Assembly: GCA_963676915.2 (NCBI GenBank)
Contig: CAXXVK010000013.1
Location: 30,609 to 94,608 of the forward strand
From: Myxococcota bacterium
Lineage (GTDB): Bacteria > Myxococcota_A > SURF-8 > G963663525
Length of the DNA stretch: 64,000 nucleotides
Direction of reading: 5' to 3'
Shown here: positions 56,814-64,000 of the stretch, one piece after another
Layout: the number at the start of each line of letters is the position of its first letter
Numbering within the stretch: the stretch's first letter is position 1
Program-made: the position numbers and the translations under genes
The notes under the pieces: model-generated
Database searches by the model: none
Seen by the model: the letters and a program-made list of their open reading frames with translations, nothing else
Told to the model about the DNA's origin: nothing

Positions 56814-58370
56814 ATGTCGGACCAAGATCAATCTCGAACGAAAGAAACGGAATTGCCGGACGAATCGACTGCGCAGCCTGAGTCCGTCGAGGAAACAGTA
56901 GTCGAGGAAACCGCAATCGAGGAAGACAAGAAAAACGAAGAAATTTCAGATGCTTCGGAAGAGACTTCCATTGAAAATGAGGAGGGCGAATCCGCCGAAT
57001 CCGTCGAGGAAACTCCTTCTTCGGAAAAAGAAGAAACACCGGCATTGGATGGCGAAACGCAAGATCCCGGAGAGGATACGGAAGATCCCGGAGACGATAC
57101 GGAAGAATCCGAAGAACCGAAAGTTCAGCAGCAGATTCTTGCTCGGATTCGTTTTCGTCCCGCAGGAGAACCCTGTCTGGTAAATACGGGCGGATATGCC
57201 CTGCAACCCACGCAGAAAGTCGTGGTGGAAATTGACCGCAGCTTGCGTCTTGGTTATGTGTTGGAAGTTGGCAGCGAACCCAAAGGAAATACGGACAATC
57301 TGCCTAGGGTCGTTCGAATTGCCAACAGCAAAGACGAACACCTGGAAGAGGAAAACAAAGAGCGTTCCCGCGATTCTTTTCAAAAGGCTTTGGTCGAAAT
57401 CGAAAAACTTCATTTGCCGATGAAGCTGATTGAAGTCGAATACCTTCATACGGGTCACAAAGCGATTTTCTATTTTAGTGCGGATGGTCGTGTGGATTTC
57501 CGCCAGCTTGTGCGCAACCTTGCGCATCAATTGAGGATTCGTGTCGAAATGAGGCAGATCGGCATCCGCGACGAAGCAAAGATCGTCGGTGGGATCGGAC
57601 CTTGCGGGCTTCAAACTTGTTGCAGTTCGTGGCTGACCGACTTTGTACCGGTTTCCATCAAAATGGCAAAAGAGCAAAATCTTTCGCTGAAACCTCAAAA
57701 AGTCTCGGGATTATGTGATCGCCTGATGTGTTGTCTTTCCTACGAATCGTCACATTATCGCGAATTGCAACGCGGACTGCCTAAAATCGGGAAAAAAGCG
57801 GACACATGGAAGGGCAGGGGAAGGCTTCTGGAAGTCAACATTGCCAAACGAACCATGCGTTTCGATTTGGAAGGGGGCAAGGGACCGTTTATTTGCAGTG
57901 TGGAAGATTTCAAAGCATTTAAGGAAGATCCTGAGAATTTCACTCCACCTCAAGAACATGACAACGAAACCCAACGTATCGACGAGCAGCTTCGCCATAC
58001 ACCCAGTCTTCGAGAAGAAGCGGCTAACGGGATCACAAAAGGAGATAACCCAAAAAAACCTTCTCCCCAAAAAGGTGGGAAAAAACGCCAGGGCACAAAA
58101 GACGATTCCTCATCCGATGGAAAGCCCCAATCCCGTTCCCGTTCCAGAGGACGGAGGCGCCGTAAAAAGAAACCGGCTGGGGGACAAGCATCCGCAAACG
58201 CCAAACCGAATCAAAGTGGTCAAAATTCAACATCTTCTGGTGGTTCCGAAGGGCAGGGAAAGTCCTCGAAGCCGAATCAACCCGGCAGTGGGCACAAAAA
58301 ACCGAAACCTCCTCGGTCTCGTCGAAGGCGTCGTAAGCCAGCCAAGCCGAAAACGGACAAACCAACGTAA
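56814..58370 (+). CDS. PSP1 (RicT/YaaT-like) domain protein with acidic N-terminal and Arg/Lys-rich C-terminal extensions
   Basis: PSP1 core FYFSADGRVDFRQLVRNLAHQLRIRVEMRQIGIRDEAKIVGGIGPCGLQTCCSSWL and GLCDRLMCCLSYE. The N-terminal ~110 aa are Glu/Asp-rich, and the C-terminal tail contains SRSRSRGRRRRKKK. Confidence 0.8.
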   Translation: MSDQDQSRTKETELPDESTAQPESVEETVVEETAIEEDKKNEEISDASEETSIENEEGESAESVEETPSSEKEETPALDGETQDPGEDTEDPGDDTEESEEPKVQQQILARIRFRPAGEPCLVNTGGYALQPTQKVVVEIDRSLRLGYVLEVGSEPKGNTDNLPRVVRIANSKDEHLEEENKERSRDSFQKALVEIEKLHLPMKLIEVEYLHTGHKAIFYFSADGRVDFRQLVRNLAHQLRIRVEMRQIGIRDEAKIVGGIGPCGLQTCCSSWLTDFVPVSIKMAKEQNLSLKPQKVSGLCDRLMCCLSYESSHYRELQRGLPKIGKKADTWKGRGRLLEVNIAKRTMRFDLEGGKGPFICSVEDFKAFKEDPENFTPPQEHDNETQRIDEQLRHTPSLREEAANGITKGDNPKKPSPQKGGKKRQGTKDDSSSDGKPQSRSRSRGRRRRKKKPAGGQASANAKPNQSGQNSTSSGGSEGQGKSSKPNQPGSGHKKPKPPRSRRRRRKPAKPKTDKPT

Positions 58371-58579
58371 ATTTTTACAGGAAAGTGCCTTTTTCTTCAT
58401 TCGTTTCGGACATTTGCTTGCCTGCTTCGGAATTCGTGAGTAAACTGGCGTTTCTCTGAATCACGGATTGCAAAGAGTTGTACGTTCTATCGAAACTTTC
58501 GAAAAAAGTGCCAATAGAAGACAACTTGAAGAATAAGGACTAATTTTTTCTATCCGATCACGAAATAGCAGGTCACGCG

Positions 58580-58972
58580 ATGTCTCAAAAACCAGGTGAA
58601 ATCAACGCTTTGTTGGGTAAAGGCAGTGAGTTTGAAGGTAAACTGCTTTTCGAGGGTACGGTCCGAATCGATGGAAAGTTCAAGGGAGAAATCAAATCCA
58701 GCGATACCCTGATTGTTGGGGAAGGCGCAAAAGTCGAGGCGGAAATCAGCGTCGGACGCCTTATTTCCTACGGCGACATTTCCGGGAACATCGTGGCCAA
58801 TGGAAGCATCAACCTCCATGCTCCTGCCGTGATGAGCGGTTCGTTAAACACGAAAAGTTTGACTATCGAAGAAGGCGTACGTTTCGACGGTTCCTGTCTC
58901 ATGGGTGAAAAAGGTACGGCTCAACCTTCAACTTCCGCCAAAAAAGATGCTAACGGTTCGAAAAAGTCCTGA
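58580..58972 (+). CDS. Bactofilin (polymer-forming cytoskeletal protein)
   Basis: GKGSEFEGKLLFEGTVRIDGKFKGEI..LIVGEGAKVEAEI..ISGNIVANGSINL beta-helical repeat pattern. Confidence 0.85.
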   Translation: MSQKPGEINALLGKGSEFEGKLLFEGTVRIDGKFKGEIKSSDTLIVGEGAKVEAEISVGRLISYGDISGNIVANGSINLHAPAVMSGSLNTKSLTIEEGVRFDGSCLMGEKGTAQPSTSAKKDANGSKKS

Positions 58973-59265
58973 TCATTGATTGGTAATCTTGGCAATTAAT
59001 GTATGGTCGGGTGAAAATCACCGTTACCACAAATATGTTCAATAGAAATTTTCTACGGTAAAGCGAAACCGCAATACCAACTGTTTGCATTCGTTTTTTA
59101 CGAATCATTTCAACTGGTTTGTTCCTTTCTCTTTTTGTTTTTACTCTCCTGCAATATTCAATTCAAATGCAGAGAATCCCCTTTCCGGGTCGTTCCATGC
59201 GTTGACATCCTCTCTGTGTCGGGATACACCCTTAGACACCATATTATTTCTGGAAAGGCGGAAAG

Positions 59266-60144
59266 ATGATCAAAAGTATGACGGGTTACGGAACAGGGAG
59301 CGCCACGATGGGCGATACCCAGGTGTCTGTCGAGATCAAAGCTGTCAACAGCAAGTTTCTCGACGCCAAACTGTATTCTCCCCCGGAATTCCACGGCTTG
59401 GAGATGGAAATCAAAAAGTACCTGAGACAGTCGATCAGTCGAGGGCGCGTGGAAGTTTTTCTCAATTACGACGGGGATTCCATCGATTCCGGTAAAAAAC
59501 TGATGGTGGACTGGGCATTGGCGGAGCAGTATTACAAAACATATCAAAGCTTCAAAGAACGCTTCGGTATCCATCAAGATCCTAATTTGTCCATGCTTAC
59601 CGGTGCCAAGGAAGTCATCACGGTTTCCCGAAAAGGCGCCGATCCTGAGGCGACGTGGAAAAAGCTATCCAAGGGCTTCGATCAGGCCCTTCAATCGCTG
59701 GATGAAATGCGCCGTGAGGAAGGCAAAGCGCTGGCCATCGATTTGGCAGGACGCTGCAATCTTATTCGCGAAATGACACAGAAAATCGCGAAATTGGTGC
59801 CGGAAACCATCGATGCGTACCGCGAAAAACTGGAGGAGCGCATCGGAGCCATCGCCCCGGCGGAATTGGATCAAAACCGACTCAATCAGGAAGTCTGCTA
59901 TTTTTCGGATCGCTGCGATGTCAGTGAAGAAATCACGCGTCTGAAGAGTCATATTCAGCAGTTTTTGAAATTTCTCGAAGCCAGCGATCCGGTCGGTCGG
60001 CGCTTGGATTTCCTGCTCCAGGAAATGAATCGGGAGACCAATACCATCGGTTCGAAAAGCAGCAACGCCGAAGTTTCCCATATTGTCGTAGATGTCAAAG
60101 GCGAGTTGGAGAAACTTCGGGAGCAGGTTCAGAACGTGGAGTGA
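59266..60144 (+). CDS. YicC-family stress-induced protein
   Basis: MIKSMTGYG start, VEIKAVNSKFLD, and the C-terminal RLDFLLQEMNRETNTIGSKS. Confidence 0.85.
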   Translation: MIKSMTGYGTGSATMGDTQVSVEIKAVNSKFLDAKLYSPPEFHGLEMEIKKYLRQSISRGRVEVFLNYDGDSIDSGKKLMVDWALAEQYYKTYQSFKERFGIHQDPNLSMLTGAKEVITVSRKGADPEATWKKLSKGFDQALQSLDEMRREEGKALAIDLAGRCNLIREMTQKIAKLVPETIDAYREKLEERIGAIAPAELDQNRLNQEVCYFSDRCDVSEEITRLKSHIQQFLKFLEASDPVGRRLDFLLQEMNRETNTIGSKSSNAEVSHIVVDVKGELEKLREQVQNVE

Positions 60145-60150
60145 TGGAGT

Positions 60151-60786
60151 ATGGAAACGAAAGGTCAATTGTTCGTGGTTTCCTCGCCTTCCGGCACGGG
60201 AAAAACCACGTTATGCAACGCTGCGTTGAATTCGCTGGAATGGCTTAAGATTTCGACAAGTTACACGACAAGAAAACCGCGTGGAGACGAACGAAACGGC
60301 GTGGAGTATTATTTCGTCGAGGACGACGAATTCGACCGGATGATCCGGGACGATGAATTTGTCGAATGGGCCGAAGTTCACGGTAATCGTTATGGAACGT
60401 CCGAGAAGAAACTGCGAACTTTGCTGGAAAACAGCCGTGGCGTGCTATTCGATATCGACGTTCAAGGTGCGGCCAATCTGAGAAAGCGTTTTCCTGAAGC
60501 CGTGCTCATTTTCATTCTTCCGCCGTCCATGACGGAATTATCGCGCCGTTTGCGCGAACGTAAAACCGATGATCCCGTTGAAATTCAGCGGAGATTGCGC
60601 GGTGCGCTCGACGAAATCGAGCGAGCGAAACACTACGATTACCGCGTGGTCAACGACGATCTCGATGATGCCATTCGCCAGATGCTTGCGATTCTTACCG
60701 GTCAGCAGGAAAAAGCCGAGAATCTACAGGAAGATATCGACCGGCTTTCCAAAGAATACCATCGATTGTTTTCGGAATCACCATGA
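60151..60786 (+). CDS. gmk: Guanylate kinase
   Basis: P-loop SSPSGTGKTTL, TTRKPRGDERNGVEYYFV and EWAEVHGNRYGT. Confidence 0.9.
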   Translation: METKGQLFVVSSPSGTGKTTLCNAALNSLEWLKISTSYTTRKPRGDERNGVEYYFVEDDEFDRMIRDDEFVEWAEVHGNRYGTSEKKLRTLLENSRGVLFDIDVQGAANLRKRFPEAVLIFILPPSMTELSRRLRERKTDDPVEIQRRLRGALDEIERAKHYDYRVVNDDLDDAIRQMLAILTGQQEKAENLQEDIDRLSKEYHRLFSESP

Positions 60787-62954
60787 ACGACACCAATGTC
60801 CAGACAGAACGGAAAGCGCTCATCCGCGAAATTCGCTCCAGCGGTCGAGCGATCGACGAAAAGCTGATCCATAAAGCTTCTGAATTTGCCGTAGGTTTGA
60901 AGCGAAACCGCTACGATCTTGCCTGTTCTTTCGCAGTGGCGCGAACTCTTGTCAAACTGAAAGTGGATAGCCAGGGATTGGCCGCCGGACTACTTCACGA
61001 CGTTCTGTTACACGAATTGACGGATGAAGAAACCCTTCGGGAAAAATTTTCCGAAACGATAGTGAACCAGGTCAAGGAAGTCACGCAGGTTCTGAAAATC
61101 AACCTGCTCGAAACCCGGCATTCCAAAAAGGAAAGTTTCAGAAAAATGCTTCTGGGACTGGCCAAGGATCTTCGGGTCGTCCTTATTCGGCTGGCACATG
61201 CCTTGTACTGGATGGAGCATCTTGACCGATTGCCGGAAGAGTTGAAACTTCGGGTGTCGAGGGAAACACGTGATGTGTTGGCCCCGATTGCAGGACGTCT
61301 CGGAATCCAATGGATACGTATTCAACTCGAAGACGCCGCTTTCGAGGTGCTTGAGCCTAAGACGTATCATGAACTGAAAGACGCGATCGAAAGCGATCGT
61401 TCGAAACGAAAAACCTTTGTGGATCACATACTTGGGGATCTTCAAGCTATGGTGCATCCTGTGATTCCCAATGCGAAAATCTACGGGCGCGAAAAGCATC
61501 TGATGTCCACGCATCTGAAGATGATTCGCAAGAAAATCCCGCTGGATGAGGTTTTCGACCGGCTGGGGTTCCGTATTCTGGTCGATGAAGTGGGTGAATG
61601 TTACCAGGTGATGGGGATGATCCACTCCAAATGGAAACCGCTTCCCAGGCAAATCAAAGACTACATCGCCGTACCTAAACCCAACGGTTACCAGTCATTG
61701 CATACCATCGTTCAAGGACCGAACGACCAGATCCTGGAAGTACAGATCCGAACCCGGCAAATGCATGAAATCGCCGAAAACGGTATTGCTGCGCACTGGA
61801 ATTACAAAGAAGCGGGCGTTACTTCGGCGGCGGAAAAAGAGCGTGAAAACGTAAACTGGCTACGAACGATTCTCCAAGCCAGTGGTGAGGAAAATCCTGA
61901 CGACGGTTTGCCGCTTTCGATGGATCTTTTCGCAGACAAAGTGTTCGTTTTCACGACGAGAGGCGATGTTCGGGAATTGCCGAAGGGTGCTACTCCCATC
62001 GACTTCGCGTTTGCGATTCACACCGAATTGGGCGAGCGCTGTGTTGGAGCGAAAGTCAACGGGCACATCGTTCCATTCGAGCATGAGTTGGAGAACGGGG
62101 ATGTTGTCGAGATCCTGAGTCGAGCCAATCAACGACCGAAAAAAGAGTGGCTGGAATTCGTAAAAACCCAAAAAGCCAAAGCGAAAATTCGGTCGTTTTT
62201 ACGAAAAGCCGAACGCGAACGATTGGCCGAACTTGGCAGAACGGAACTCGATCAGACCTTCAGGCGTTGGAAACTCAATTTCTCGCGTTTCCTCAAACGT
62301 GGCGAATTGAAAAAGGCGCTGGAAAAATACAAAGTCAATACCCCCGAAGAACTGATTGCCCTTGTTGGTGCGAATAAGGTTCAGGCCGAGGATGTCGCTT
62401 TGGTGTTTTTGCCGAAGGAGTCACTCGAAAAAATCGAGCGACAACGCCGGGAAGAGGAAGATCGGCGTCTGAAAAAGGCAAAAGTCAAAGCCGAACGAAG
62501 GAAAAAAAGCAGCAAGAGCGGCGTTCGGGTTTCCGGCATGAAAAACATGCTGGTCAGCTTCGCCAAATGTTGTCATCCCGTTATGGGAGATAATATAAAA
62601 GGCTATATAACCAGAGGTAGAGGAATTACCATTCACCGCAGCGATTGCAAACGACTGCCAGATCTGGAAGATTCACGTATCGTGCAAGCTGATTGGGAAA
62701 CCGAAATCGGGGTGGAACTTCCGGTACGGTTGCGGGTTATTGCAGAAAACAGCCCTGGAGTGCTCTCGCAACTTTCACAAACCATGACTCGTTGGGGGAT
62801 CAACATCGCTTCCGTTCGGGGAGACGTGAACCATTCCGAATGGATCGGAAAACTCGATTTTGTGATCATGGTGTCGGAGTTGTCACAGGTCGGGCAGTTG
62901 ATCGCCGATCTGAAAAAAGAGAAAAATGTCCACAATGTGTTTCGTATCGGTTAG
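60783..62954 (+). CDS. rel: Bifunctional (p)ppGpp synthetase/hydrolase (RelA/SpoT homolog)
   Basis: HD region LLHDVL, synthetase motif YIAVPKPNGYQSLHT, TGS (GDVRELPKGATPIDFAFAIH), and a C-terminal ACT-like domain. The start overlaps the gmk stop (ATGA). Confidence 0.9.
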   Translation: MNDTNVQTERKALIREIRSSGRAIDEKLIHKASEFAVGLKRNRYDLACSFAVARTLVKLKVDSQGLAAGLLHDVLLHELTDEETLREKFSETIVNQVKEVTQVLKINLLETRHSKKESFRKMLLGLAKDLRVVLIRLAHALYWMEHLDRLPEELKLRVSRETRDVLAPIAGRLGIQWIRIQLEDAAFEVLEPKTYHELKDAIESDRSKRKTFVDHILGDLQAMVHPVIPNAKIYGREKHLMSTHLKMIRKKIPLDEVFDRLGFRILVDEVGECYQVMGMIHSKWKPLPRQIKDYIAVPKPNGYQSLHTIVQGPNDQILEVQIRTRQMHEIAENGIAAHWNYKEAGVTSAAEKERENVNWLRTILQASGEENPDDGLPLSMDLFADKVFVFTTRGDVRELPKGATPIDFAFAIHTELGERCVGAKVNGHIVPFEHELENGDVVEILSRANQRPKKEWLEFVKTQKAKAKIRSFLRKAERERLAELGRTELDQTFRRWKLNFSRFLKRGELKKALEKYKVNTPEELIALVGANKVQAEDVALVFLPKESLEKIERQRREEEDRRLKKAKVKAERRKKSSKSGVRVSGMKNMLVSFAKCCHPVMGDNIKGYITRGRGITIHRSDCKRLPDLEDSRIVQADWETEIGVELPVRLRVIAENSPGVLSQLSQTMTRWGINIASVRGDVNHSEWIGKLDFVIMVSELSQVGQLIADLKKEKNVHNVFRIG

Positions 62955-63078
62955 AAATCGAGGGAACAGCGATACAATGGCGCAATTTACAGCAAGTCGC
63001 TTTTTTTTTGTGGTAAAAGTTTCCAGGCTTTTAAAAATGCGGTATGCTGAATAAATAATCATCGTATTTGGAGAACGA

Positions 63079-64000
63079 ATGGCTTCCGAGATCGACATTC
63101 TTCGCCGTGATAACGAAAAACTGCGGCTGGAAAACGATTTGCTGATCGAACGCATTCGACAGTTGGAATCGGACGATTCCGGCTCTCGACAGACCATTCA
63201 GGGCTTGAGCATCATGGTCATTCAAGTGGATGAAGAGTTGAACATCCGCTATATCAACAGTACGATGGAAAAATTCGTAGGCTGCAATCGAGCGAAGCTC
63301 AACGGTTGTTCTGTCCACGAAATAGATGACACTTCGATGGGGCGTGGATTCATTCAACTGATGCTCGAAAAAGCCCGTGAAACCGGCGAAGAGTTGATTT
63401 CCGAGCAGGAAATTCACGCTGATGGTAAGCTACGCTACGTCAAAGTCACAACGACATTCGACAACAACGTAGGACAGATGTTGATCGAGGATCAATCCGA
63501 CTTCAAACGGATGGAAGCCTCTTTCAAGCGCTATGTTGCGCCAAAAGTTATCGACCAGTTGGCGAAATCCGGTTTCGACGTGTTCAAGCCGGAAAAATAC
63601 GAAATGACGGTGCTTTTCGCGGATTTGCGCAATTTTACTTCGATGAGCACCCGCCAACCGCCGGAACTCGTCAAGAAAATCATCGACCGTTTTTTGGGTG
63701 TAATGATGAAAACGATCATCAACGCCGATGCTACCGTGGATAAAGTGGTGGGTGATGAGGTCATGGCGCTGTTCGGTGCGCCGATCCGTTATCCCGATCA
63801 TGCGCTTCGGGCTGTCAAAGCCGCTCTCGAAATGCAGGAGGCGCACCGCCTCGTGATGCATGAATGGCAGGAAGCGGGTTTGGAACCGCTGAAAATGGGG
63901 ATCGGTATCAACAGCGGAGAAATGATCGTCGGGAATATCGGTTCCGAATTACGGATGGATTACACGGTTTTGGGTCATCATGTGAACCTCGGAGCACGCC
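63079..64000 (+). CDS. PAS-domain class III adenylate/guanylate cyclase (3' end outside the window)
   Basis: My own translation from ATG 63079 gives a coiled-coil, then a PAS-like segment (IMVIQVDEELNIRYINSTMEKFVGC). Cyclase motifs follow: VLFADLRNFTS, GDEVMALFGAP, GINSGEMIVGNIGS and DYTVLGHHVNLGAR. The frame is open to the window end. Confidence 0.75.
   Translation, partial: MASEIDILRRDNEKLRLENDLLIERIRQLESDDSGSRQTIQGLSIMVIQVDEELNIRYINSTMEKFVGCNRAKLNGCSVHEIDDTSMGRGFIQLMLEKARETGEELISEQEIHADGKLRYVKVTTTFDNNVGQMLIEDQSDFKRMEASFKRYVAPKVIDQLAKSGFDVFKPEKYEMTVLFADLRNFTSMSTRQPPELVKKIIDRFLGVMMKTIINADATVDKVVGDEVMALFGAPIRYPDHALRAVKAALEMQEAHRLVMHEWQEAGLEPLKMGIGINSGEMIVGNIGSELRMDYTVLGHHVNLGAR

Noticed and set aside
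1-64000. tRNA, rRNA, tmRNA, RNase P, prophage, integrase, transposase, reverse transcriptase
   Set aside because: I scanned intergenic regions for T-loop (GGTTCGA) contexts and other hallmark strings, and scanned the ORF list for recombinase/RT motifs, and found none. This was a by-eye scan only, so small RNAs could have been missed.

Overview
This is a 64-kb chromosomal window from a Gram-negative bacterium. An outer-membrane beta-barrel, many lipobox lipoproteins with acidic linkers, bactofilin, PSP1, FG-GAP/ASPIC and Cys-rich repeat proteins suggest a Myxococcota/deltaproteobacteria-like lineage, but that is inference only. There are about 45 protein genes. Housekeeping genes (murA, tmk, dnaJ, fusA, gmk, rel, CCA-adding enzyme, yicC-like) are interleaved with accessory envelope and secreted-protein genes. 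I saw no rRNA, tRNA, CRISPR array, integrase, transposase, reverse transcriptase or cas gene. The most notable observations are: (1) a textbook cobalamin riboswitch (45205-45354) with its own sigma70-like promoter, driving a single orphan lipoprotein built from five EGF-like and three Trp-rich repeats; (2) a J-protein/Hsp70/T2SSE_N-GAF-like cluster followed by two translationally coupled radical-SAM genes, the second with two radical-SAM cores and a SPASM-like tail, and no visible precursor peptide; (3) a roughly 1180-aa SHMT-GcvT fusion gene; (4) three tandem paralogous lipoprotein genes, two of them disrupted; (5) an AbiEi-like gene paired with a small zinc-ribbon ORF instead of AbiEii; (6) a TPR/beta-barrel (Slam-like) three-gene operon; (7) several families of small palindromic intergenic repeats, including a 202-bp MITE with 15-bp terminal inverted repeats and a 9-bp target-site duplication. 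At least nine single-site frame disruptions, most at short homopolymers, affect five genes. Real gene decay and sequencing error cannot be distinguished from this sequence alone. All similarity statements are by-eye motif recognition; no searches were run.
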